Assembly (NCBI RefSeq): GCF_022045235.1
Contig: NW_027266341.1
Span: 39,618,001-39,682,000, forward strand
DNA length: 64,000 nucleotides
Direction of reading: 5' to 3'
Origin: Haliotis cracherodii
Lineage: Eukaryota
Part shown: piece after piece, positions 14,901-29,900 of the stretch
Layout: each line of letters begins with the position of its first letter
Numbering within the stretch: position 1 is the stretch's first letter
Made by a program: the position numbers and the translations under genes
The notes under the pieces: generated by a model
What the model was told of the DNA's origin: nothing
Databases searched by the model: none
The model's input: only the letters and a program-made list of their open reading frames with translations

Positions 14901-17900
14901 GTTGGATAAGTCGTTGGTGCAGCGCTAAGCTGATCATGCGTCGCCTGCGTAACATTGTATAATGTAAGCCCTGGGGCTGATGTCATTGTAGTAGGCAGGC
15001 GCTGCGTTTGGTGCAGGTCACTGAGACGCAATGCTCATCGGTGCTGACTTGATCATGAATTGTGCCTGCGCATCTTGAGATGCTGGCGCCGGCGTCGTAG
15101 ATCTTGAAGAGTTGGATGTCTCAGGCAGTTGAAAATTAGGAGCAGTTACGACACTCACAATCTCCTCCGATATTGTTGATTTCGGCGGAGGGTGCACTTC
15201 TGCAGTCACAATGACGGGAGCCCTATGACCCATCGATGATAATGGCTGCGTGGTAATGACAGAAACATGTCCGTTGCTATCAGGCGATTGTGACATCTTC
15301 CTCACCACACGACGGGATTGCTGCAAAATATGTTTGTGTGTAACCTGCCTATATATTGTAAAACTTGCTGGAGAGAGAGTCACACAAAAATTACATTTAG
15401 AGTTTGGCGAGCAAATCTGTGTGCATGCTAAACAATGTGGATGAGGATCTTTGGAAGATTTTTTTCCCACGACAATCAGTACAACAAGCAATCATAATTT
15501 ACGCAAATAAAGAATTGTTGATGAAACGGGATTGGAAGAGTGCCATAGAATTAAACAATATTCTATCGGCAATTATTTTTTTATGAGTTGAAAGTTTATA
15601 CAATATTGATATATGCAACTCAATGTAACGCCAAAGCTACTAGTATTTAAAAACACATGAATATGTTAAACATATGTAGCTGGGAGATGTAAACAATCTG
15701 ACCACCTTGGCAGGTACATTATTGTAACACAAATTTAAAATGTTGGACAAAAATCTTTTTACACCTAAATAATCTACATCAAACTACACAACATGGTGAA
15801 AGTAATATGAAAGGAATACATCACCCTTCACAGTTCAATTTTAGAATTATAGCTGAAAACTGAAGGTCTAAATAAATCCAATTTGACAAGCTTGGCTGGG
15901 ACACGTCCTTGCTGTAGGGCGACAGACAGTGATGTGAAGAAGGTGACTTGTCATCAAGGTCCATATAAAAGTGGGATTTGGAATCAACATCTTTATTTCT
16001 TCACCCAGGACCATCGCCATTGCGCAGTCTTCTTGTTGTCGTAAGGTAAGCAGTGAATGCATTAAGGAGCAATGCAGGATAAGTAAAAAATTATGTTTTT
16101 ATTGTGGCTGACCCCATGGCTGACCCCATGTGCATTTCGGAGCTCAATGGCATCTACATCCAAAAGGGAGTGCCATTGAAAGAATATTTGGGTTCTGTGG
16201 AGAGTTTCTTTTGTTACAATTTTAATTTTCTGAATTGAGATGGTTGAAACTGAAACATTTTAGAAAGCTGACATCTGATTGGCTCATGAACCGATGCATC
16301 CTTCATTTAAACTGAGAAGTCAAAGGACACTCAGGGTTCACTTGACACGACCTCCTGTGGAGCTGCCTCAGATCATACAGGGAGGTGTCGCATGGAAGTA
16401 AAAGATTTCATTTTTATTAAGTTGTCACATCACAATAATTCAGTTTTTTAATTGACATTTACAAGGGCATAAACAACCAAGTTTGACGCAATGTTGAGGG
16501 CTGGAATGTCAGTATCTACTACCTTAATAACTATTACATTTATTTTGAAAAGTGCTTAATTTTCTTAATTCAGGGGTATCAGGGCATATTCAATGCAATA
16601 ATGTAAAATTCCTCTCTGTTGGTCCTTTGACCAAGCCATTCCATTAGTTAATAGTTATACACAATTAATTGAGAATAGTCTGATTTCCATTTAATTTTTT
16701 TTAGATATTTGCTGCAGACTTCAGGCCAATTATTGGCCTCTCAGCAGGTCAAGATAAAAAGCATGTATTACCAAGTTAATATTACTTCTGCTATCACCAA
16801 CATCAGCATTACTACAATGTATTTGTATTAAAAAGTTAGCAGGGTTTCACTGCCTTTAGCACTATGCAAGTAATATCATGTCTCACATTGTACCCACGTG
16901 GGGAATTAAACCTGTGTCTTCAGTATGACAATCCATGTTTACAACAAGGCTACTCCACTACCACATTAGTGCTTCAGAAGCTATTGCTTGAGTGCTCATA
17001 ACTCAGTGTCATACTCGCATCAGAAACAGTGTTTCATGTCTACCTAGAAAAAACACTTAACTGACACCAGTAGTGAGCCATATCTGATTGAATCTTGTCA
17101 ATTTAATTCCGTGAGCATCAAACATTTCATTGCAAATTATATGAAAGACACAATTTCAAACAAACATTAGATCATGACATCGGACAAAGGTGACCAGCTA
17201 CATTTTTTGCTACAATCAGATCTGATCCGCTTTAAATGAAACTTGCCATATATCGCCAAAGAAAAAATGACCCCGTCAAAAAGGCAACCCCCCAGTTAAA
17301 GCCCCTTTGAAATAATAACATTAAACATTACAAATTACACTCAGTAGGTACAGAAAACAAGGAAAATATCTGGTATATTACATCCACTCATTTCTTCACT
17401 TTGGGGTTATAATTGGTCTTCAGCAGCCCATGCAAGAGGGGGACTAATGACTCATGATGTCAATCACTGAGATGTCTGATCCAGATTCGATTATTTAAAG
17501 ACTGACATCATTTTGCAGGAATGTGCATATTTAAACAACAAACAAACTTTGGAAGGCAGAGTTGTCAAATTGCAATTCTTATTCTATTTCACTTTCATAT
17601 CGTTGTCTGTTCTGTTGACCAAGCACCCATGCTAACATCTAAGGACATTAAGATTTTGTAGATTGGAATATTTGATCCTCATGAACAAGCTAGGGTGTCA
17701 TGATTGATGGGAACAAGTATGTGAAGTTTCACATATTGGTCCATATTGGTCCAGTAATATCTGAGGAGAAAATGATTACAGACACCAACGCCAAACAAGA
17801 AGGCTATGACAGTCAGGTGAGCAAAACATTATATCAGCCTCCACCACCTTTTGCTTTTCAAACTCTGGGAGTGAGCAAAATGTTGGTGTTAAGACAAAGG

Positions 17901-20900
17901 GAGTAATTTTTAAAGTCTATGTGATAAGGGAGAGAAACCCAGGTTTGTATTTGTGGAAACATGAATGTCAAATTCAGTATATTATAATTGTTGATTACTT
18001 TGAACTAAGCACAAGATATTATTGTTTGTAATGTCTTGGCTGAAAATAATAAATGTAAGTTATAAAAAGGATTTTTCCATACTAGATGAAAATGGTGCCA
18101 GCAGATCCTTGATCTGACAAATATACAATAACGACCAAGAGTAACATCTTTCTGTGCAATGTCACAAAGTACCATCTGATTTTCAGAAAAGTTACAAATT
18201 AGCATCATCTTAAACAAGACCAATTATTAGGACTGCCTGGCAACTAAAACATAAACCGAAATAAATAATGCATAATCATATATTTGGTGATATCAAAATC
18301 TTCAAACAAATTATTCTCATCAATAATTGAGGATAATAGGCTTACAGGTTTTGGTAGTTTTTTTCTTGCAAACAATGCAGAAATGAAGTACATTAATACA
18401 AGCCTCTAACTACAGCATGAGGTAATAAAGCCTTTCAAAAAGAGGTTTGACATTTAAACCATGAAGACATAGAACTATGCTCTGGAGTTTGTAGCTGATG
18501 CTAGGAATGAGGTGATGTTATTCACAAAACTGTAGACTGTTGATTCAGCCCACACACTGCCTACATATCGCCTGCCCGCCTGTCGTGTTGTGACATTTAC
18601 AAACATTAATTTATCCTACTACTGCTCTTCATAACCAGCAATCAAACCACTTAATTCACAGAGACAGTAGATATGGTAAAAATCAATTAATATAATTATG
18701 CTATCATGAATGAATTAACATACTATTTAATATGGTTATAATTCTGTTGTTTGAGTGAGTGAGAGTCATTAAACAAAACAAGTTTTGGTCAGCAAGCTTT
18801 GCCTACGCGAAGTGCTAAATATAGCAATACTTCAAGATATCCCACAGAGGTATGAATCCTGTAAAAATGTAAATTGCCAAGTAGGTCACTATCCAGAACG
18901 CTTGCTGTTTTGACTGCAAAGATACCTCTACGTCTTCAATTTCCGCATATCATATATAAAAAAAACGGCAGAAAATGTTGGATTAACGGACATGAAGAGC
19001 GTACCTACTGGTATCACCCAGCTTGCCATTGTGTTATTTGTCACTGCTTTACACCAGTTCTATAAATAGTGTTGCGAAAGAGCAAGTAACCAAATGTAAC
19101 AGTGTTTGTGACAAAATTAGCCCTCACAATGATGTCTCATGTGGGAGATGACATTCAAAAGGTGCAGCTGTTGTGTCAAACTAATTTAAACAACATAGTG
19201 TTGTTGTGTACAGTCACATAGAGCTGACTTATTTCTATTTAAAAAAATTGTCAATAAGTTGATTAAATTGCATTGACAACATTTTTTGTAATAAGCATGG
19301 ATCAGGCAACATAAAATATTTTGTTGCTGATACACAAAGGGTTCACCTTGACACATTAGAAAATCATTGCCTAGTTTGATGTTAGCAAACAAAAAGACAA
19401 TAATTAACAGATGCAATTGCTGACATTACAGCTAACGAAACACATTGTTTGTCCTCATTTTGACTGCACACATAGCCACACACCAGTGTACTGCATTATG
19501 CCAAACACTGTCAGCTGAAAAGTCGGTCAGCCATCCCTGGCCAGCCTGCTGAGCCTGCCTGCCAGTCAGTTAGCTCTTGTGTGATTGCATAATGTAAGCC
19601 ATGGTGTCTTCTATTATTATCATACAGTGTTTAGTCAAATTGTAGCCTCTTTGGGCTATACAACAACTGGCTGCAGCACCAACTTCTGGGTGATTATTAG
19701 CAATTACAATGGAATTTCAAAGAAGAAAAGCGTCACATGTTTTATCTGTCTTGTGTGACTTGGGCGCTAATTCCATAATTTACTCTGACAATCAGTCAAA
19801 TGTGTATGTTTTCTTTCAGACTGGTAAAAACATGTCTTGGGAAAATTTTCTTGTGCATAGCAATATATTTGGTCTCAATCATAAACTAAAACAACTTCTA
19901 TGCACAACATCAAAGTCATCAAAATCCTGTATACATAACACATACCTTTCCCAATGTCAGAATTTGGTGGTGTGACATCCTGTAACAGAAAACAGTAACA
20001 CACTGAACACTGAATTAAAGAATTGCCAACATGAAAAAATAAGTCATCAATATCCCCTTCCCTAAGAAATGCGTTTCAAATAACAAAAATAGTGTCGCTG
20101 TAGCTCCCCTGAATATGTAGTCAACAGTTCAAAATGTCAACTAAGACAAATCAACTTACAAGAGTTGCTGTTAACATTGTTATTCAAATATTCTCTGCAT
20201 ACATGCTGAGGCCTAAGTATTAACAAATATGAAATATGCTCAAAGAACTGGGGTCAAATCACAGTGGAATCGAGGTCATAATTGGGTGCCATCATTGGTG
20301 GGAGAGAACAAGTATGTACAGTTTCAGCTTCAATGGTTCCATGATTAGTGATCAAAGATTACTGAGAAGATGGTGTTGATTATGGATGATGGATGACTGA
20401 CACTGGAAATTTGACTTTCAGTCATGTCAGCTTATAATGACTTAATAATGGCCATTAACAGCTTTTTTCAATGTTGTTGCCATGATATTGAAAATCGTAT
20501 TCAAACTTCCTGAACAAATTCAGGTGTCATCACTGTTTTAGCTCCTTTGGTCCAGTGGTCTCTGCAGAGACTATGTTCACAATGCAAGTATGGTATGGTC
20601 AAAGTTCAACGTAAAAGGTCAAAACCTAAAATACCCCGGTATCCCTCAAAAATGGAACATATAAATAAGCCTCACAACTAACTGCACATAGATTCCAAAT
20701 GTCATTACACTTTAAAATAAGGGATAAGTAATAGCTAAGTGGAGAAATCCCACATGTGAGATCTACTTTCATTGATGCATATTTATCATCTACAAAAATG
20801 AAAATTCATTATGCTTTTACAGTAGCTTCAGTCATCAAATGTATTCTCCATGTCTAAGTGCAAAAAGAATTCAGACACATCCAAGTGGCTGGATGGTCAG

Positions 20901-23900
20901 ATTATAAAATAATATAAAAAGGGTTTTGACTGCACAAAACCACTATCAAAACATTGATACAATTAATTTCATTGGTAAGAATCGGTGACTATTCATTTCT
21001 ACTTGTCACCAGAAACATCTCAACTGAGGTCAAAATATGAACATAGACAGTAAAATAACTATATTAAACTGTAATGGTATTCCTCTCACCCAATGAACCC
21101 TCTGTCAATGAAGTGCAAAGGCTGTCGATGATAGCAGACCTGCAACTACAAGTTGCCTTTCTGCCTTTTCTACGACTGAGAAAATACCTTCTTAAGCCAC
21201 AATTAGCCATTACAAAGCCTGCAGCCTGAACCAGACAAATCTGTGATTGTCTGTGACAGAATCAGCAAAGTGACACATTGTCCCACCTGATTTCCATTCC
21301 AATCACTTCTTACTTCAATCATGTAGTGGTTTTAAGTACAAAGGACCTATACAGTCACAGAATTTAAGTGATGACCAATCACCTCGTGTTCAGAACTTTA
21401 TCTCCAATGTGACAGCTCTGTGCGTGAAGGTCTGAGGACACCTTCATAGGTCATATCAGGTTAACTTTCTAATCGGTTAATCAGTGTCAAGATTTAAAGT
21501 CTCTGAATGAGTGAGAGAGGCATTCAGACATACATAAATATCATCATCATATGGTCATGGATATATAATACATCCCAAAAGGGTGCATATTTTAATTGTT
21601 TCCTGTCAAGGTTTTCTTTTGCAAAGATCAAATTTTTCAAATCAAGGTGGTAAAGAAATGAATCAAAATCATTTTTGAAAGCTGATATCTGATCAGTTCA
21701 AGAACCCATACTTCCCTCACTGAAATTAGGCCGTCAAAGTTCAGTGTTCACCAGAAGCAACAGCCTTCTATGGAGGTGTCCTCAAATCTTAGTGCATATA
21801 AGTATCGTATCAGAGTAAAAGATTCAATCTCATTAAAATCTAATCTTAGTGCTCACTTCTGCTATTATAGGTCATTTCATCCAACCAATTAGAGTGTCAC
21901 TTACAAGATTGCAATAGTGAAAATCTGAATGTGTTTACTAACATGCAACCTCAAGATGCTTAGCACGCAGGAATAATTCTAGGGTGGGGCCTTGTGCTTT
22001 TAGCCCCTAAATTTGAAATAAGGCCCACATTTTCAAATACAATGGGGCATTTTAACATTGTGCTCTATAGGCGTATCTCTGGAATATTTGAAATTGTCAC
22101 ATAAAGGGTCCATGTCAGAAAATTCAAACAGTGAACCCTAAGCATGGTACATTTCTAAAGACAGTTACGTGCTGCATGAATGCTAGACATGGACATGAAA
22201 AGCTCGGGATCTAAAATGGAAAAGAATTTCGTAGCCAGTGGAAAGGTATGTTCCGTTTTCAAGTTTTGAATTGACAACTTTGTCAAAATATTTTTCAAAG
22301 AGGAGTCTAGAATGGGAGTGACAATTTTGAAACTAGTGCCATTAAGCTTGAGAATGGTGCTTTCTGATTGGTTGATGCTGAATTAGTTATATCATTGGTC
22401 AGTGAAAGCTTACGAAAAGGCGTTCTGGCATGACCTGTAATAGGATGTCCTCAGATCATTGTGTAGTGGTAGCAAGTACTAAGTTCTGATTTTAACAAGA
22501 TTAATTGAGACTGAGTGATGAAAAAACTGGAACATACTAGACGTAATGCTGATATTCTGCTAAAATCCCACCAAACCTCCACCTCTCCAGTGCAACGTAA
22601 ATATGCTATATCCATTATCTGTGTGTTGTATTGTCTCTGTGGTCTCTCATCAAGGTACTGATCAATACTTGAAGTTATTAATATAGATCATATTACTGCT
22701 AGAAAGATATGGTTCAGAACCAGGACATCAAACAATACACAAACCAATACTCATAACTGCTGGGAAAACTAATGTCACACTTTTTGAGATTTTACAATGC
22801 ATATACCAGTGACATATTTCGTGTTATCTTATTTATGTACCGTATTTTCTTGAGTATAGTGCGCACTCATGTATAATGAGCACCCCCTTCTAGCGGGTTC
22901 AGTATTTTGAAAAAAAAAAAATCGAATACCAAGCGCAGAAAAAATTACACCGTACCCTTTCAGCGGGTGAATTTGAGATAAAAAAATCACCAGACATTTT
23001 GATTTACCGTTTAAATAGTATTTATTTTTCTGCTAGGCATTGTTTTATATCCAGGGATTAAGATTACCTTGTGTATTTTTTCGTAAACTAAGCTGGAAAC
23101 AGCAATCAGCTGTACACACCTTTTCTTGGAATCGACCGGTGATTTGGTCAAGACACACCCAATGATATAACTTAATAGGATTTTTATGCAAGGATCGGCA
23201 AAAGTTGTATCTGAAACTATTTTTTTATCAGGACATATATGTTCAGCTTTTACTAAACATATTTAAAATAATAATAACCCTAAGCGAAGCAGCTGATCGC
23301 TATTCCCGGGTATTATTTTTTACATGGAACCAGTCTGACCAGTCACCGTCAAGGCTCACGTGCACGTGATCGCGAGAATTACGTGTTGACATAGAATCAT
23401 CAAACTACAACAAATATGACTTTTAACGAGTCAAAGTATGGCATTTATGATATATGTATCCATTCTCTGTCAATTTAAGTTCCTTTCAAGGCGTCAATAG
23501 CGGTAATCTAAGCGTGGTTGCTGTTAATAATGGTGAGTTGTGGGATCTTCCAATCGCTTCACACACGATTTCGCCGAAATTAATAAAAACAATATTAAAA
23601 GGAATTTTGAATAAAATTAATGAAATAAGTTACAAACAAAAGTCCAGATATACAAAGAACACTTTTTATAGCCAGACAGTAAAATCAGTATGGATTTGTT
23701 GACATTGTATTTCCAGTGTCTCGTGCTCACGGTAATGTCTTTCCATGGGGGAAAAAAACATCCAAACTCATAATTTGTGTATAATGCGCACCCCCTTCTA
23801 CACAGCTGTGTTTTTTTGAAAAAAGTGTGCACTATACTCAAGAAAATACGGTACATAGAATAAAAGAAGAGACCTTGTGACACAATTATATCATACAAAA

Positions 23901-26900
23901 TAATTTCATGTTAGCTTATTGAGATTAAATACTGCTTGACAACTAAAGATTAAAAAGGAGAAGTTCAGATCTGAATTTTGTTAGCCCCCAAACAGTAACA
24001 TTCCAATAGAAGGGCCATGAAGATCTTGCTACTTCGATGTTATCCTTAATGTCTCGAACTAAGATTTAATTTACTGCACGGTTCATTTAGCTCTACTGCA
24101 TAAGTAGAGCATAAACAGTGACAAATGGTATATCCATAAAAATGACTCCTTCACTTTCTTACCTTTCCAAGCTTTGGAGGAATTTGGAACGACAGTTTTT
24201 CTTCTGATTTTCTTGGTGTATTAATTTCTGACACAGGTGCAGGTATACTTCTCATTTCCTGCCAAACAAATAATAAAATACAATTGAATTCATCCTTTAA
24301 ACAATACAAATAATTCAATAAAATGGTAGAAGTTAGTTACCAATCACATAAAATATCTTCTACAATTTTAACAAAGGAACAAGGTGGAGTGATTGCAAAT
24401 ATAAGAATACTGCAGGTTTTCCAGACTCATGCTCACTTGTCAAAAACAAGCAACATGCTTGGCAAATGTTCATTTGACAGTGACAGAGAGAAAAAGTCTC
24501 GCCAGTCAAGTCCAGTTTAGGCAACTTTACCACAGTGACCGTCATCAAGGGAGACTATGTTATAATTAATTCAGCAATATTCGTATTTTGATTTAGCTGT
24601 ATGAATGGTGTGTATCAAGGTCTGGCTGGGTAATTGACTCCTGATGACAGGACAGTCTCAGATAAAATCTTTATCTTTTCAGATTTGTTGGATGCTGAAA
24701 CACCATAGCAAATTGAATTTCTGAAGTTTGGCAAATAAATTGTGTTTTTGAAACTACTTGAGGTGATTAATAATATTTCATCTTCAAATGTTATTAATGT
24801 TCAAACAAAAAAAATCCCTTCTTACTTTTTCTTCACTTTTACGAGTTGGCATATATATATGTGTGAAAGAGGGAATAGCCTTGTGCTTTATTGTTGACAT
24901 GCTGACATAAGTAAAAAAAAAATTAAAAAAAGGAAGCAATATCCTAAATTACTAAGTGGAGACCATCTGGGTGACTCATAAAAATATATACCTAGAATTT
25001 GACGGTCCCAAGTAAAACAAAGACAGATGAAGCATATACATCAGAAGGTGATCATTCAAATGCTAACTTGTCTCCTCCCTAAGTATCGGATACACTGTAT
25101 GTGTGATTGCATACTGTTATATTGTAGTGTTAAATTAAGCTCTCTAAACAATAAAACCAAGAAGATATACTTACATTGAATATGTCATGGAGTCCTTCGA
25201 TTCCAGAAGATGGGGCATTATTCTGAAAAGATGTAAGAATATGTCCAACATGTCCATGTCAGCAATTACTGGGTAATTCAAGATTGAAAAGAAACATCAT
25301 TTCTAGTAATAGTATCCATTTCTCAATCATATGTTTACCGATACATATTTGGTGGGGGTGTGGGTGTGGGAGTGGGTGTGGGAGTGGGTGTGGGGTGTGG
25401 GTGTAGGGAGTGGGTGAAGGGGTTGTCTGCAAGTAGTGGCAAATCAAACGCAGTCCATCTATCAACATTGTTTGGGAATACTGACAAACATATTAATCAT
25501 AAAATCACAATGAAAACCAAAATTGATATAAACCTTCCAAAGATTTGATACCTATTAAAAAAAATAGTTGGGCTTGCTAACAATTATTTTCTACTGGTAT
25601 CACTGACAGACTTTCAGACAATGCTTGATGAACACCTACAGATGTTAACGAAGAATCCTACCTCAGACTGGATGAGAAGCTTTGGCAGTTTGTTTTTCTG
25701 TTGTTGCTTGACCAGTGGTCCCCGACTGACAATGCCGTTTGGTGGAGTAGTTGATTCCCGAAGAGGCATGTTACTGGCCTGGTTGGGGGCAATTGAAGAA
25801 GTACTGTGTTGAGAACCAGATGAAGGTTTAGGCTGGAACACAGGCTTGCTGGCAGAGCCTGGTGACTTTTTGGGAGACGGGACAATGACATTGGATGAAG
25901 TTTGTGATTTGTTGGCAGTTTGACTAGGACTTGGGCTGGTGGAGTGTTTGGAATGAAGCTGATACTTGCTCTGTGATGACAAGGGTGAATGCATTGAAGG
26001 GAAACTGGGTTTTGCAGGGGACTGGGAACTGGATAGACTAGACTGTTGTGAAGAGGAGGATGACTGAGAGTGGCTGCTACTCTGTTTGGAATGGATGGAG
26101 CGTTCACTGGAGTGACTTCGCCTGCTTCCTCCACCACCACCACCACCTTCAGATCCCCCACCCCCATCTGAGGGCATTCTAGTTCGATCATGGTTGCTAT
26201 GATGGCCTCTGTGTTCTCTTCCCGTTTTGTAAGAAGAGTCCGCACTGTGGTCTCGACTTCTCTTGTCACTGTACCCTGCTTTGTGGTCATGGCTAGATTT
26301 CACATCACTCCGTTGTTTGTGTCCATGGCCAGATTTGATGTCCACTGGTTTAGGATCTAAATCTGAGCTTTGACCAGACTGGGATTTGTACCCAGATCCC
26401 TCCAGACTGCGGCGACTGTGGTCATGTGTGGATTTGTTTTCTCCATGTCTTAAAGCACCATTGTGTGTGCTTGGATGTTTGAAAAACTTGCTGCCACTAG
26501 TTTGAGGTTGTGGAGTCGTAGGTGCTGCTAGTGCACCTATCTGGTACTTGGGACCTCTGCTCTTGAAGTCAGAAAACTCTCCAAGCACCTGGCGAATCTT
26601 TTGGTTAATGTCATCACCTTCATTTGAATTCTGGACCTTCAACCAAAGAAAGAGAACTTTCAAATCTGCAGTTAGATAAGGAATAGAGTTCCGTTTTTCT
26701 TTTACTAGCAACAGCAGCTACTGTTAAGGGTAGGAGGGTGAACAGTAATTTTTTTAGACTCCCATTTAGAAAACATGACCATGAATGTTCATGAAAAGTA
26801 CTTTCAGAGCTACAACCTTATTTGCATTATATCATAGTGTCAGCTTTGTCAGCTATTGAGCATGTTTGAAATCATTCATTTTAATGCAACATGTACGTGG

Positions 26901-29900
26901 CACAGTAATGCTCTAAAACAATGACAAATTCAGTTTGAAGTGAATATCTGTTACTATTAAATAAATGTTCAAAAATGAAGAACATTTGAGGCCCAAAATA
27001 TCAACATGGAATTACAAATGAGCCTGATAACTTGTCATGTTAATTTGACAAACGATCTGCTCATGTATTGATCAGGTGTTACAACCAGCTTCCAACAGTA
27101 ACATAACTGTAAATCAGCAAGCAGTCCTGAGAGGATTACAACTGTATCATTGACTGATGCTGATGTTTTTGCCTTGACCTCTCCAGATTCCAGACATCTA
27201 CTGATGCCAAACCACTGCTTAAATAAACATTAATAAATTGCATGCGATATCAACACTAACAACAGGCAAAATAACATTTCATATAAATCATTCAAATACA
27301 AGTTTTCTTTCTCTGTAGATTTTAATCTTACAGTATTGACTGCCAAAATGAGAATTATTTACAGGAGAATGTTCTGCAGATTTCTTACATCTATATAATT
27401 AAACAACATGTATGCTGTAAAAAGATTTACAATTGTAACACAGTAACATGACCGATGTGTTTATCACCACAGTGAACTAGCCGGCTTCAAGGACACCATA
27501 TGGCAAGAGTTGTGAGTGAGGTCTCACTACATATAAAGTAAATGTAACTGTAAATTCATAGAAATTCACCAACAAGATTTCCATGTGCCAGATAAACATC
27601 TACTTCTGGAGAAGCTCTGATGGCTGAACAAAGGCTGAACATAGATTAACCTGACTGACCTGACGGCCATCTGAAACCCTATCTTCTGAATCATTTACAG
27701 TTTAGGTCTTTTCACACTTTCAGCCTGTGCTCAAACTTGTCCTGGCAACAAGGCCAAAATTGTCATTCAACATCTTTTTAAGTAGATTTTTTACATTGCA
27801 TGTTACTAGCTAAAAATAAATTTTATGAGCTCAAAAGAAATTTTACGACATTCAGGCTTTCGAAACAGTTAAAGGGCATCATAAATAGTATGTATGAAAT
27901 TTGTTATTGCAATATGTTTGGGGAACAACTAGTTGCAGACTTCCTTTGACATGTGGTACTAAGCAGAACATATGCACCCCCCAGTCAAATTCCTTTTTGT
28001 CTTTCTGTATAGTAAGCTTAACTCATACTAGCCCATTACATATTTACATCCAAATCTGATAAATCTGCTGCCAATAGAGAAGTACAGGCTAGAAAGCCTG
28101 AATGACTTTGACACACCTTTTTTCAACCTTGAAGAATTAAGATGAAGGATGAAATGCTGTATAACACTGAACTAACTCCAAGAGTCTTGTTTCATTTCTG
28201 TTCACAATGTCATTCCATGTTAAAAGATCACTACAGTTAGTAGAACTAGCACATTTCACTGAACAATTCTTAGTCCTTTTACACGCATCAAATATTTACA
28301 TTACAAAGATATTTAGTACCGTATATTGCCATCTACAAAGCGACCCAAGATATAAGCCACCTTCCCCCCCTCAATAAAGTAAATCGGAATGAAGCATATG
28401 ACACAATCCCTACATCTGCAATACAAATGTGTTTGCATCTGCAGAAAAAAAGATTGTATCCCTTCAGCGAATTTAAGGAAATGAAAAGATCACAACAATT
28501 AAACTTGGTCAATACAAATTTGAAATTTGAGATAAAACATCACTAGATATGATGATTTACCCATAAAATTGTATTTCCTGTTCTGATAGCCATTGTTTTA
28601 TATGCAGAGATTAAAATTGTCGTGTGTATTGTCTCATAAACTAAGCCGGAAGTAGCAATCAGCTGTGCACGTTTTTCAGAATCTACTGGTGATTCGGATA
28701 AAAATTACCCAATAATATAACATTAAAGAATTTTGATGCAGTGATCGCAAGAATTGTATCTGAAACTATTATTTTATCAGGAATAATTTATTCCAATATC
28801 ATGTTATTTTGGCTGCAGCTTTACTATATATATTTGAAAGAAATTAATAACCATAAGCGTAACACTTTTGTACAGCTGATCGCTATTGCTGGATATTTTT
28901 CCGTATGGAACATTTTGACCAATCACCGTCAATTCCCGCACTCGCGCTAACAAAAACTTTATGGAGACATATAATAGTCAAACTACAACAAATAATATGA
29001 CTTTCAGCGAGTCAATGTATGGCGTTTATGACATATATATCCATTCTTTACTGGTCTACCCACGAAAGTATGTTTCAAGGCATCAACAGCAGTTATCTGA
29101 CTATGGTTGCTGTAAATAATTGTGAGTTGTGCGATCTTCTGATCACTTCACATACTATTTCTCCGAAATGAATGTAAACAATATGGAATGAAATTTTGAA
29201 CAAAATTAATATAATAGATTACAAATATCAGTCCAGATATACAATGAACACTTTTTATAACCAGACAGTGATACTTCATGATTAGTTTATGTACTTCAGT
29301 ACAGATTTGTTGACATAGTATTTCTGGTATTACATGTTCACAGTAATCTCTTTGTGTTGGGTAAAAAAACATCCAAACTCTTCAAACGTGTGTATAAGAC
29401 GACCCCCTATTAAGCCCCTAATTCTTGGTACAAAAACTTGCCTTATACACAGCAGTATACGGTCTATATATAAAATGCCGCTCTAGTAGTTTTTCTGGAC
29501 CTGTGAAGATCTGGGGTAGAATAGCAATCCAGGCTTGTGTGGTCAGACTCGCTGACTTGGTTGATGCATGTCATCATATCCTAATTGCGTGGATCGATGC
29601 TCATGATGTCAATCACTGGATTGTCTGGTCCAGACTTGATTATATACAGACCACCGTCATAAAGCTGGCATATTGCTGAGTGCAGCGTTAAACAACAAAC
29701 AAACAAAACTAATGTTTTTTTCTGCATGATACATGCACTGTTGAAATTGTTGTAAGATGAAGTAAGACGAGTTCTATGGATGAACAACTTCTTTATTACA
29801 ATTAGTGCGACGTTTCGGTGTAGATTCCTAACACCTTTATCAAGCAAACTCTTCAAACCTGTGTATAAGACGAACCCCTTGGAAGCCTCTAATTCTAGGT

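Larger units (their letters stand above)
8800..15560 (-). mobile_element. DIRS1-like tyrosine-recombinase retrotransposon, near full length, decayed, with nested insertions (ends approximate)
   Basis: Domains in order on the minus strand: Cys/His-rich ORF1 (DPHPHCLAC..C..C..C, 15018-15491); RT (APWLFTRIMK, YIDD, GWIINEAKSEL, 10905-11760); RNase H (LFIDAALQGWGAHL, DNSTVV, HIPG.RN); methyltransferase-like (IDLFA..N, PP..VIQKI, WF); YR (PHEIR, W..DTVFASHYL). Many stops and frameshifts. Confidence 0.92.

Noticed and set aside
16078-16092. Possible DIRS inverted terminal repeat pairing with 8807-8820
   Set aside because: Only about 12 of 14 A/T-rich bases match and the match does not extend.
18540-21500. 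Motif-dense non-repetitive intronic stretches resembling enhancers
   Set aside because: Cannot be supported without conservation or chromatin data.
25614-26711. 365-aa ORF as a stand-alone single-exon gene
   Set aside because: Its first 25 and last ~15 codons are intronic read-through. Splice sites and AFF homology define the exon as 26636-25662.
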